Source of the DNA: Phoronis australis
Taxonomy: Eukaryota; Animalia; Phoronida
DNA length: 64,000 bases
Assembly (NCBI GenBank): GCA_002633005.1
Contig: NMRA01000014.1
Span: 545,229-609,228, forward strand
Direction: 5' to 3'
A program made the position numbers and the translations under genes. A model generated the notes under the pieces. The model was not told the origin of the DNA. It did no database searches and was given only the letters and a program-made list of their open reading frames with translations. How positions within the stretch are numbered: position 1 is the first letter of the stretch; each line of letters starts with the position of its first letter. Shown here piece after piece: positions 37,631 through 50,607 of this stretch.

Positions 37631-40600
37631 TAAGTTTTTTTATTCCAACATTAGATTAAAATTTTTTCACAAGTATGGGACGGTGTTCTGACGTCAATGC
37701 CGCGCCGTCTGTTCTGTAAGTTTTTTATTCTAGCATTAGATTCAAAATTTATCTGAACTATTTGGAAGTACATCATACTTTTTGTGAACCTGACATGTCA
37801 TTAAAATGTAGTGTACGTAGTCCTGTGTAGTGTAGGTACCTTCAACCTGCGTGCTATAAAATGTTGGTCACAAGAATTTCACATACTGTCTGATGAACAA
37901 TACTGATATTTCCTAAATGCACCCAGTTTGACAAAAATCAATGGACACTATCAAATTTGTGGGTAATAGATTGCCACACAGGACTTGTCCATTGACATCC
38001 TGGAAGACATGTCATAAGACATCTGATGTTGCAGAGGGAAGTTATCTGTCCTAAAGACAACATGCTGAACACCAACACGTAGTGACAGCACAAAACTTGT
38101 GGCATACCATAAATCTGTAACTTAGTCAAAATTTGAAGTTGATTGACTCCGCTCACAATGTAATTACATGTACGTAGTAACCGTACCCCCGACCAGTACC
38201 ATGTTTACCGTTTACATTTGAACACTTGAGCTAGCATTGCTTTAATTTGACTTGCTGGTGAATGTATTTGAAACTAGGAAAAACAACACCAATAAAATTT
38301 TGAAGAAGTAGTTTCTGATCATTTTTATCAGAATCTTTTTGTAAGATAAAACCTTCTCATTATATTGTGTTAAGGTATGTACTGCATCATCTTCTGAAAC
38401 AACCTGATTAGCACCGAAATGTTTTTTGTTTACTTTAGCATGTGATACTTCTTTAATTTCATGAAGAAGTTATTAAATCAATAGCTACCTTGTGAAGTTT
38501 TGCATGGCAGAAGTGGGCTGTGACAACAAGTTATAGTCTGCATACCCTATCTTACAACTGCGATGCATCAGGCCAGAAAATGTTTTCTGGTGGTTCTTGT
38601 ACAAATTATTTTAGATTACAAACCTGAAATGATGCCATTTTAAAATAAGCCAACTTTTACAGGATTTCATATCCTTCATTTTTACCAAATGTGGCCACTG
38701 AATAGTGACCTTGATTGCGATTTGCCCTTATTCCGTTTTGATCCCTCTCACTCATCCCGTAACAACAAATGCGGCGTATACCTAACTCGTGAAATGCAAT
38801 TGGCTAATAAGGAGATATAGTAACCGCGTAAATGTAACTTAACAACAGATGTCGCGTATACCTAGCCCGTGAAAGCTACTCAACAAATCAGGAGATGTTC
38901 TAACCACTTAAGATAAAAAGAAACCATTTTCTTGTTTAACCGTGTGGAAATATTCCATGTGTTCAGATATCATTATCTCTGCAAATGGTGATTTTAGTGA
39001 ATGTCTGATCTCCTGAACTTAATTTTCTAATGACCAATGGTGACACCGTCATCGAACACTTGTCAATCGGATTAAAGTAGGTGAATGCACAGCTCTCCTT
39101 CAAATAGGAATACATGGTGTTATCACCGCCTAATCGAAATCTTTGTTTCGGCCCGAGCTATGCGGTTTGTAACACTTTGAGATACCTCGCCTTCTCGATG
39201 GCATTTCTCTGCCTTTGTACTCATTTGCAGCTAAAATGAAATTTACCGTCGCGCACGCCCACATAAACATGGGCAGCCCAGTACGGAAAAAGTGGAGCTA
39301 TAGCCCCCCAATCCCCCTGTGATACAAAACACATAGACAATGGGCGACGAAGCACTGAAAAAAGTGAGGGGCTATAGCCCCCAGCCTCCTATGGTGCGCC
39401 GCTCGTGTGGCAAGTCTCGTTGTCTCCCGTGTCTGTTCGTGCAAACCAGAGATGTTTTCCCTCCCGAAAGCTTCTCGTATATATAGTTAAATCACATCGT
39501 GTACAAAAATACCGCCTATGGCCATATACACTCTGTCTGTGTCTGTCTCGCAGTATTCATAGTCCGGGCTGTCGACAAAAATTTACACGATGTCGTAGTA
39601 AAACTGTTAAACATAAAAGCCTACAAGAAGTCGCATTTTCAGACGGAAAGTCTTTTTTCATCACCAATTCGAAATTGTCCCGTCCCCGCAACGAAGGTGG
39701 GTGCTTCCGTTTGTGAACCAAGTCCGTGAGCTTTGCTAGATAAAGATGTACACCAAAAACCCCAACTTACAGCTTTTCGGTTGCAAAAGGTATTATCACT
39801 TTCACATAGGCTCCCACATGGTTATTGCGAAGGAGGAATTTCGTCTTCTTGAGGAAATTGTTTTTTCACTCATATCAATATCTCGTTACATAGACTGGGC
39901 CTATTGCGTATAGCCTATAACAGCCAACGTCCAGTGAATTACTTGAACGTTAACTTTGATTAAGTCATTGAAGATTTAACCAAGCCACTCAATGTTGAGA
40001 AAACAGATGTGACGTATTTTCAGAGGGGCTTAATCAATTACATGTTTAGGTATTTTAACAAAAAACACGTTAAATTATAATCAAGCTGTTGCTGGGTACC
40101 CTCCTTTCAAAATATAACTTTTGATATTGATTTCTTACCTCTATGGCATTCATTTCAAATTGTCTCGTACTTAAGTTGGAAGAACTGAAGGTTTTTATTG
40201 TATGAAACTAGACTTAACACGCGATTTTTTGAGGAATAATGCCTTGACAATCCACCGGCCACGTATGATCTGAATGTATAACAAGTAAAGATCAGTTATA
40301 AATGCCAGTGTCTTGAATCAAATATTAGCAATTTAACAGAAGGTGGGTTTACGTGCAGTTTTGACAACTAAATAAAGCTGCTTTTACTAGGCCACACTGA
40401 TTAAGGGAGAACTAATTTATTGTTATATAACTTTATTTAAAACTGTGCGCGGGTGCCGATAAAATGCCAGCCTGTAGATTTCGGGCATGATCGGGCTTCG
40501 ACATCATGACCGTTGGTTCGAGAATTTTAAATCACTATAGTGTAAGGATTTTAATCCATATTGCACTCGGTTGAAGTGGTTTCCCTGAAATTTTTGCGAT

Positions 40601-40849
40601 GAGAAGTGTGACTGTCTTAGTGAACTTACGTGGTTCAACCTTCATGTTCAGTATATTTAACTGAGAATCCCATTCCACTCAATACAATAAGGAAACCATA
40701 CATACAGGGGTGGGAAGGTCTTGGCCTCTGCGCAGTTGGCAACAGTTGAAAATGAGGAAACAGGATTCATAATTGAAGAACAAGCGACCTGATCATTGGA
40801 AATTGTCTTTATCCGACTCGTGTTTTGAGCATGTCCTCGGCAGAGCGAA

Positions 40850-43060
40850 TGGCGACTTGGATTTTTACCATATAGCTGTACAGAATCAGAGGTCATATTA
40901 GCAGGTCGAACCTGAAAATGTTGAAATTCTGCCTTAGATTAATTTCATCAATGGAAGATTTGAGTTTGGTGATCAAGCGCAACAATAACTTTACATGTAC
41001 ATGATTAACGACAGATCAATTTAAGTTTCTCGACTTGGCCACAGGGTGTACACTGTAGCTATACATAGTTTTTGAACGTGCATGGGACGCCTGAAGAAAA
41101 AAACATTTTTTTCGTTGTGAAAACGTGGATAACTTAGTTTAAGTAGAGGAAGTGGCTCTACCACCTCAAGCGCCTTTCTAATGCAGTTTGAAAGGGGAGG
41201 CAATGAGTGAAGACGGTCGATGTTGCCATGCCTCTTATGGCATGGAAAGATAAAACCAGGGTTAGTCTGAAGAATTGTTTTGATGTGTTAGAATATCACA
41301 GACATCGGACCCTTGCGGTCTACAAGGGAAATGGCGCTGAGCTGTACTATGATGGAATCAGCGTGCCCGAACTGATCATGACGATTCTCTTCAAATCATC
41401 GGCAACGAATTCTTTGAGGAAAAACACAAAGACTTGTAAGATACGTGTACTTTGAAACACAATATCGTGAGAGGTCCTATTTGAAAAAAGCCAAAGATGG
41501 TGTCAAACATCCTGGGTTAGGATGTAAATGGTCTTCACCTTCGCAACTCGATGAACGAGCAACCAAGCCCATCAGTTATTTGTCGTGGACGAGAAAAAAA
41601 TCCAACTAGACTTTTATTCTCACCCTAAGGCACGGAGTGAAATTGCTTGCTTGGATTACATAGCGTGGCTACGAGGAATCAGACGAGTATTCATGACTTA
41701 TTATATGGGATTGAAAAAAAGATTTCGAAAACGTCGTATTCCAGTGTATGGTTTCTGTCGTTAGTGTCACGAAATGATCCAATTCCAAGTATGTTACTGT
41801 CACTGTCATGGCTGTAGTCTCACGAGAAAAACACGACGAAACTCCGAGGATGAGGCATTAAATCCGAAACGTTGCCTTAAGTGAGCTTTTGGAGAACAAC
41901 AGAAAGACTAGAACTACGTCATCGATCAAGACTCTTTTCTCAGAAGACGAGGGTTACACACTGAGCCTTCCTACAGCTTGACGATCAAATAAATAACGAA
42001 ATTCGTTATAGACGGTACTGTGTTTGGGAATGTTTAATATGACATCGAATTCCCATGGTATCTGCAATGCAAACTATACTCAAGAATCTAGAAATGAGCA
42101 GAGACGACATAGTAGACTTTATAAGGAAGTATGAAGAGAAAAACAAAACCATACAAGAACGATTTCTGGTGGGAAAATTCTGCTTGCAATCCCACTTCTG
42201 TAATCGTGCCAGGAACACGGCCAGGAAATAAAAAACATCTATCAAGAGGTCGAATTCGCTCAAGTAAAATGTTTCGATGGTTTCGGTGAGGAAGTCTGCG
42301 ACAATAGGCAGGAAGTGGACAAAGACAAAAACAAGGCTACTGTAGCGTAGACAAAGAAGGTTATAAGTAATAGTGCGTATGGTAAGACTGTGTCAGATCA
42401 AGAAAGTCATCGTGACGTCACGAGGCTAAGGCTTAACGGGAGGTCCAGTTCTAGTAAATTAGAAATGTCAACTACATGGGGGACAGAATCCACGAATACG
42501 AGATGAGGAAGCAGACGATCCACCTTAACCTGCCACTTCAAATTGGCTGTCTGTCTACGAATAAGTTTTGCATGTTGAAGTTTTACTACGACCTCACATT
42601 AAGGTTTGTCGACAGACGCAACTTCGAATATTGCGTGGTGAACATGGCCTTATTGGGTAAGTGATTAAACACGACAAACGAGAAGCTTTCGAGACGAAAC
42701 AGAATCACTTGTTTCCATGGAAGAAAACGTGGCCCACAACTTTTGGACGCCGGTTTATTGAAGTTGTTATTCGAAGGGGACTACTGCATCGCTTTAGCTC
42801 AAAATCGCATCACGTGAGGGCAGGCGATGGTAAATTACATCTTCGCTGCAAATAAGTACAGCGATAGAGAAATGAATTCGATAAGGAGAGGGATATCAAA
42901 GTTTTACTTACCAGAGGGTAGCTAGGCTCGGGGTTTCGGTTAGGGGGCGTTAACACAATGTATACCTACTGTATCTGCAAGACAGGTGCTCATTGATCTA
43001 CTTTCATCACAAAAGACAAGTGCTCGACAACGGTGGCACCAATGCACCTTTGAAAATTTA
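40850..43060 (+). pseudogene. Protein-primed family B DNA polymerase pseudogene, unit 2 (more complete copy)
   Basis: Same motifs as unit 1, plus TIHLNLPLQIG...MLKFYYDLTLRFVDRRNFEYC (the segment leading into motif C, 42515-42640), which unit 1 has lost. Confidence 0.85.
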
Positions 43061-46000
43061 ATAACGGAAATTGGATATTGAATAAAATTATCACTTGAGC
43101 AGATAATAGTGTCAGAACGCCTTGTGTACTTTTGCAGTGTAAAACAATATACTATGTTATAAATACACGGTTAAAAATAAAAAGGGTTTCTCAGGTTGGT
43201 GCAATACCTCCTCGTAACCTAGTGCCTTTCACGGGTTAGGTATACGCAGCATCGGAGAGATGCCAGAATTAACAAAAGTGGATAACTTAAATAACGACGA
43301 CGACAACACGTGGAGCCCTCAAAAAAAGGTAATCCGCATTTTGTTCTTATCCAGTACTCAGAATAACGGAATCCCTATTTTGTTCCCGTTCTCGATCAGT
43401 TGAACCTTACAACGTTTTTCAGTGGCAGAATATCCGTTTGATGGATGATGCCACGCTCTAATCTGCCTGATGCTGTCAGAAGTCGTGATTTTCGATTCAA
43501 TTATGACCTCGTTTCCATTTCCTTTCTGCTTACCGACTACGTCGGGTTAGAAGCATGATTTTGGTCTCTCTCCGACAGTTGCAGTTAAATCTACCACGTA
43601 ATGACCTCATCGTTACATCATTATCACTTCCTTCCCGTTTGCGGATGATATCACCATCATACGCAGACTTTGGCCTTTAACTTTTGGACTATGATCTTTG
43701 ACCGAGGACCTCCCTAACAGGGTGCCTAAACAGCTTAATATTCTACTCAAAATCCTCTGCAACATGTTCCGTAGTGCCAACAAGTCAAAGAATTATCCAA
43801 AACATAACAACATCTGGCTTGCCAGTAACCACCTCTTCTACGAGCAAGACGACGGGGTCAAAGATGAGAACAACCCCCGTGAATCAAGGTGGTGGCAGTT
43901 CACCTTCTTCGCCTTTAGCTTATTTGGTTACGAGAACAGCTGTTATCGTATCCGCTCCTCCTAGTACTGGATTTTCAAGCGGAAACACGCCAACTATCAC
44001 CACCGCCACTCGTAAGTGCTTATACAAACAGAAGGCCTTTGTTAGAGGTTACCTAAGTAAGATCCGGAAAAGGTTTCAAATTTAGCTAGCGTTCGAAAAT
44101 GCTGTCTCTGAGACGGGTGATTGGATCGATAAAAATTTCTCTCTGGTTCCTTTCGTGTCCACTATGGGAAAGGAGATACGCAGTTATCATTCAGCGGTAG
44201 GCGTTTTATCACTGGTGTATGTTACCTCTGCAATCATAAGATAAATTTACAAGAAAGGAAAAAAGCGGGCTATGAACGATTTTTAGCCTGGTCAATATTT
44301 TTGCAAACAAAGTTTTCTCTTTACATTATCAAAAACGTCAGAAAGACCGAGTTTCTTTTTATGCGCGACCATGGCACTTCATCAGCTTGACATCGGTAGC
44401 CAAAGAGGACACTCTAGCATACTCGCAGCAACGTTAACAAAATTTAATGACAGTAGAAAAATGCACACCGAAAAGGCACCACCACAATTTTCCGATCACA
44501 TATCTTGAACACGTCACAATTAAGCACTGACGATTTTTCTGACTGTACAACAGACTACAAACTATATATCCATTTTTACACTTCGTCCATCAGTCCCATC
44601 ATGTCAGTTTGTTTGCTAATAAATCACTACCTTTGGGAATTCGACCAGCCAATCAGAAACGCCAGTGTAAAAAAAATTCCAGACGAAAATTAAATGGTAC
44701 CTGGGTGTCTTGTTTACCCATGCAGACAAGTTTTTTTTTTCTTTGCAGGAAGAGTAATAAATATAATACTGTTATGACTTCATGAAAAAGTAATGTCCCA
44801 AGATACCGAAAATGAAACGAAACTGGAATTGGGCTTTCGAATTCTCACTGTGAGCACCTATGCCAAATTTATTCGGGTTATTGACAACACTGTTTTTATA
44901 TCTTTGTAACCATCTTTTTGCTAACTTCTAAAAATACTTGCGCGTGTGATCGAAGTACTCGTAAGTTAATAAAAAATCAAAATTGAAAATCGCCCACTTT
45001 TTATACACTGTTACGAAGATAAAATCTAAAGTTTGGCATACATTTAGCTAAATACGCAAACCTTTCCGGCAATAAGGTCCTAAATATCATTAACCAAAGT
45101 CCATATTTTGAGCAAGGTATGGAACTGTCCTTGGCTGGGAAGAATCGAGACACTCTTTTAGTTTACCTGATGGTAGACATTACCTGCGACGTTAACTTTG
45201 TCACGTGCGCTGCCAATTCCACTATTTGTCACAAAACCAGTTTTTTGCTCCAGTGACCGGAGTTCCACTTCAAATATTTGCTAAAACAGGGTACAGACTT
45301 CCTAAATTTCTCCCATAAAATGTTGCGTGTTTCGGTATAGCTTTGTAAAGAGCACAATAGTTTACTGTTTTTGTACGACTTTTTGTTAATCCAGTAGCAC
45401 ATGAAGCATTGTCCCTGTCGATGATAATGGATCATACCCGGCAAACACATTGGTCCTAGCACGACATTGGAGACGCACGTGGTGCGTACCGTCGGCGCAA
45501 GTTGTTAAATCTGGGTCGCCACTGCTGTTGTCAGGATGCTGTATTCCTGCGTCCCTATGGTCCCCGTTCCAACCCATATTCTGTACATCGTGATAGATTG
45601 CCGGATCCCATGAAAATACTCGTGCGTCTTTAGCTGAAGTTGTATTACTCGATGGCGGTTTTCGCAAATAGAAACGTGTTTTGACTCCCGGTGTTATAAT
45701 GTTCTTGTTTTTATCAAACCGGCTACTTGGGAAAGGATGTTCAGCAACAACACTTTTATCGAACTGTGCGGGCAGTTCAGTAACACAGTTTTTTCGTAAT
45801 TGTAAATTAGAATCAGAATTGTTGAAAGTGAGACAATCTGTACTTTTTCTTCGTCATTTTACTCGAACATCTATCAAGTGTACCTGTACGCTGAAGATGC
45901 CCAGTAATTTATAGCACGCTAGAACGGACATGCGACGATAGATATATTGCATTTTTTTCTTATGAAAGTTAAATGTTTTTTCGTTGCCATATCGGCGTCC

Positions 46001-49000
46001 GTACGTTAGGCTCATGCAGCTGAGGTACAATAAATTGTCATCCATTTAACGCATATTAACGAGTGAGGGAACTTAGGAACGGGGGAACATCAAGGCGGGC
46101 ATATCTGACGGCGAATACAGTACCCGTAAAATTCCTAAAGGTTATGCTAAATTGTTGTAAAGAGACGTCGGCGTCGATTATGACGCATACTTAATTGCGC
46201 GTGCCGATTCACGTTGCAGTACCAAAATTGTGTTTTGCAGCAGCTAAATGTTTACATGAACGTGAAAGTTAACGTGAACTGAATAACTGAGCTCTGGATA
46301 TCTAGTAGTTCTTTTAATACGTATTCGCTACAGATATGTGAAATAGATATTGTCGAATATGAAAAAAGTCGATTCTACGAACTCTTAGAATGAGAAATTT
46401 GCTTGCAGTTTAAAATAATAGATGCATGTACATTATGCTTGTCAAACTTTGACAACACAAAATCATATCTCTCAAAAATACATTGTACGGCAGTTTGATG
46501 ATAACCATCGAACCCGACAGAATAAGAATTTTGGAAAACGCTTTCTTGCAACTTGACTTTAGAACCCCTATAGTCAAAAGAGATGTGTTTATTTCATACG
46601 GAACCAAAGAAGAAAGGTTTAGAACCCTATAGAAACAGAAAAATCAATTCGATGTCTTACCAAATAAAAATTGAGAAGGGGACACTGGTTTCGCGTTTAA
46701 AGTGACACGAATCTCTCTGCATTCGAGTAAAATACTCAAACACTATCGGGATTACGTCTTAGCCACCAGTGGCATGAATGATGCAGTATTATAAATTTGT
46801 GATAATTCACATTCATGTCGCTTTGCAAAACTTTCTAATTTTCCGTCGTACCAAAATGATAAGTCGGTATTTCGAGAGAGCAAGTCACTGTAATGAGACA
46901 TTCGAAGATGTTCTAATTTCACGTTGACTCTAATGCTTTGCCGTAACTAAATGAGAATGTTAATATTGTTCTTCAGAACTGGCTATTCCCGGTGAAATAC
47001 ATCTTGTATCTAACACACAAACGTCTATTCATGTACGTTGGTCCAACATCGCATACAATCCAGGCTTTGGAGAGTTTTACAAATTGGTCTGCAAGGGAGT
47101 GTCGCATCCTGGCGCTAAAGTTTTTGAGAGCGTCGTACCTGATCGGTTCGGAAAATGTATGAGACTGACTTCGGGGACTGTGTATAGCGTCACTGTTTAC
47201 ACAACTATGACTGGTTACATAGAAAGCGCGCCCAGACATCTCGTTGGAAACGCAAGAACAGGTGGGTGTCAATAAGAGTCTACAGGTCATTTGTACGAAG
47301 TCTGGGTGAGGCAGAGTGATGGCACACTTTCAGCTTGTAGTGTGAAACAGAACCAACAATTGAAATACTTGATTGTTGCACATCCCATTTTTATGTTGCT
47401 TACGTTATTTTAAAAAGACTGTTTGTCGGTTGGTACTAGTTAGCGAAAATTAAAAGATGGCTGCCATTTAATTCTATTACTGGTACACAGAAGGCAACAA
47501 CATGCAGGTTTGCGCAATAGTTCGTGCACATTTACACGAATGTTGTCGAATGCCATTATAATGGCCATGGTTTAACAATTCTCGAGTGATTTCCAAAAAT
47601 GATACAATTGCAGCATAATAAATTTTAGATGACATATGTTCCCAAACTGCCGAAGTGCCAACCAGCCTCAGATTTGATGTTGATAATCTAGGTGAAAGGC
47701 GTGTTCCAAGAAACCGAATTAAATTCACGTTTCGTTGTAAATGGAGACTTTGACATAATTGAAAATTAAATAAATTTTTGTAATTCCACAAAGAATCGTA
47801 ACAAAATCTAACTTACGTCAAACTGGCCATCTTTTACCTTTGTCAGCTACAGTATTAAAAGTAACCCAACACTAGACGCATGTTTATCGAGATGGATCGG
47901 AACAGACTATTCTCTTTTGAGGGAATTTTGCATAAACAAGGCTGCAGTTTATAACCTATCCCCTGATTTGAGTGAAGAATTGCATGGAACCGCAAACTAC
48001 TAACAGTTACGTTTAGGGCGTCAGTAAATTAACCGTGAGGGTAAAAGTCACATAATATACAAGCGCTATTATGAATTTACTCAACATCTCACTCCTCCAC
48101 CTTGCCAATAACAACAATCTCTAAAGGCGATAGCTTAAACAAATTGCCGGTTTACCTCAGGTAGGGGATTGTGTAGATCAGGTTAGTTAATTTCGATAGG
48201 AGAACGTCCAGAAAACAAAGACTACTGCGTATTAAACGTCGAAGTGGTCGTTGATCCATTTTTAAAGGTACATGTATGTAATGTTGTTTTTTCCCTGTTT
48301 GTTATTATAAAAATCCCATTGCACATTCGTGTTGTCATTTTTCACTTTCCGATTGTAAAGTAATGCAGGGGAATCCCAGACCACTATTATTATATTCCAA
48401 GACATTTTCCAATTGCCACTTCTTTGCACCCGGTTGCTGCTAAACTACATTAACATTGCAGATACTACGGAAACGCGTATTTATACGACTTAAGCAGTTG
48501 TTAATAATTAAACCCCATGATAGAAATGGATTTTTGTCACTTTCTGTTCATTAACTGTTAGGTACTCGCTGTCAATGTTTACAGATCTGCCACGACATTC
48601 TACCGTGTCCCTTGTTGAAGGCACAAGACTAACCTACTGTAGTTTCTGAAGGCCATGTGCATATACCCCAGAGCCGCTGTAGGCCAAAATTATAAGGCCT
48701 TCCCAAATTGTCACAGCTTCAAAATTTGGCTCACCGCTGAAGACACAAATTGTCACATATTTTGTAAGTGTTAATTTGGGCCTGTGCTATAATACAGGCC
48801 CAAATTGCCACGGCGTCCCAAATTCTCGCATAACTTAGTGTCAGCGGATAACAATACTTGCTGTAAAGGTTGAATGTCCCCCAGAAAGGCGCCCTTTATA
48901 AATTGCAGAATGAAAGCACACTTTTTCTAAAAAACGATATCCTCTTAGTGGCCCAGAGGTGTTCGTTCGACAGTCACCATACTGAAGCGTGCACATGCAC

Positions 49001-49258
49001 GATCAACCCGTGCTGCAGAGTATTTTTGTAAAAACCGGGAGTCGCAACCAGCATTCGAAATACACGCTGGCCCTCTGGCCCGGCGATAGTGGATTTACGG
49101 CCGGGCTAGAGAACGTTCATGTAGGTCCATGTAGATGTGGTCTCATTTTCAAATAACTGGCCAGCTGGGTCAGCAAATTTATTTGCTGAAGCTCGATCAA
49201 TGCTGGGAAACCACTCTCAATATTAGCAGCACCCATATCAAATAACGCAAAAACCTTA

Positions 49259-49259
<1 letters not shown>

Positions 49260-49324
<65 letters not shown>
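49260..49324. repeat. (CA)n microsatellite, ~32 units
   Basis: Perfect CA run. Confidence 0.98.
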
Positions 49325-49326
<2 letters not shown>

Positions 49327-49590
49327 CTCTTGTACTTCATTGACAAAAAGCTATCAAATTTAAGATAAAGCCCAGAAAAAATGGGCTTACTATACACAAT
49401 ATTGCTATTCTCACGTTTAACAAAGACATCTAAAAAGGATAAACGCGATTCGGTGCGACAGATTCACTGGTGAAGCTGATGGACGGATGCGTATTGTTCA
49501 TGTGATTGAAAAAGGCGTTGATTGAGTTTTTGGACGTAAACAAACGTATCGTCTACATACCTACGTACGATGAATTTTGTGGTTTACATT
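49325..49590 (-). mobile_element. Penelope-like element reverse transcriptase fragment
   Basis: - strand: RYVDDTFV (YVDD at 49548-49559)...FFNHMNNTHPSISFTSE...PFLDVFVKR...VYSKPIFSGLYLKFDSF...YKRS. Confidence 0.8.
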
Positions 49591-50384
49591 CCGGCGATAA
49601 CTGGCCAGAGCCTCAGTCTCAAGACTGCACATGAAAATATTAAGCTAACACTGGGCCCGGGAGTTAACCCATGGCTACTCCGTCAAACAATTCGCCTAAA
49701 AATTCACTCCAGCTACTACATGCCTACCTTTGTAATGTATCTTCACTAATCGGATTTGGGAGATTGTATTGACCAGGTATTTCATTGTGCACAGTGACAG
49801 AGCCAAACAAAGGAGTTCCCTAGAGATGGTTAAAAAAGCAGAATATGTATCTGTGCCTGATGATTACGAGATGCATTGTTAAATTATAGAGTGCGTATCT
49901 CTTAAACACGGGTAAGATGTCAAGAGTAGACTGACACTGGTTTTTGCTTTACATGTTCTATTTTAATGCTCTGATGGCCAGAGAATTCTTAATGTAAGTT
50001 TTTCAAAATGGTTAGAGATCTTTTTTACTGAAACCAGCATGTTGGTGATGAATATAGAACCTTATTATAGAACCCTTTACAGTCTGCCGTATATTTGTAG
50101 AATGTATGGGTAGATTACGGACTCTTCCAGAATGTCTGAATGAGTGAAACGTTTCGGAACTTCGCGGGAAACTACCAATATCAAGGAATAGGTTACTTAC
50201 AGTCACTTGAGTTAGACTTGATTTCAGAATAAATATTGAATAAGTAATTAGTAAGAATATATGCATTAAAGTTACCCAAAATTTGTGCATATGTACTTTT
50301 AAATAATGGTGTCAGACTAGTTGACATGTACTTTAACTTCAAATTCTATTTTTAAATGTTCACGAAAACAACAACAGTTTTAAG

Positions 50385-50430
50385 CCTTGACATGTTTCGG
50401 CGTCATTTATTCAACACCATCCTCAGAAGT
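50385..50430 (-). ncRNA. Minimal type I hammerhead ribozyme motif
   Basis: - strand reads aCTT-CTGAGGA-t-GGTGTT(gaataaat)GACGCC-GAAA-CATG-TC-AAG: core CUGANGA/GAAA/UH, stem I CTT/AAG, paired stem II, palindromic stem III. Confidence 0.75.
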
Positions 50431-50561
50431 GATAATACAGTGGCCACCTAGCTAGACCCAGGAACAAGTAACGAAGCACAGATAACACTGAGTTACAGGA
50501 AGATACAATGAAGTAGACCAACAATGAAAACCTGTGGTATCTAGGTGGTCACTGTAAAATT

Positions 50562-50607
50562 ACTTCTGAGGATGGTATTGAATAAATGACGCCGAAACAT
50601 GTCAAGT
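50562..50607 (+). ncRNA. Minimal type I hammerhead ribozyme motif
   Basis: ACTT-CTGAGGA-t-GGTATT(gaataaat)GACGCC-GAAA-CATG-TC-AAGT: stem I ACTT/AAGT, one stem II mismatch, GUC cleavage triplet. Confidence 0.75.

Larger units (their letters stand above)
30693..44219 (+). repeat. Head-to-tail tandem segmental duplication: unit 1 at 30693-36614, unit 2 at 36615-44219
   Basis: The unit start (tgtaggat...gtcatcccgaatcagcaact) recurs at 30693 and 36615. The unit end (ggcgttttatcac.ggtgta) recurs at 36618 and 44219. The units are collinear, with many substitutions and indels. Confidence 0.93.

Noticed and set aside
45229-45667. Cys-containing minus-strand frame (GQCFMC...CFSKY) reminiscent of a piggyBac C-terminal domain
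   Set aside because: Too few conserved Cys/His residues, and no TTAA-bounded TIRs or DDD core found.
49117-49397. ORFs with CVCVCV runs
   Set aside because: Translation of the (CA)n microsatellite; only the part next to the Penelope RT is meaningful.
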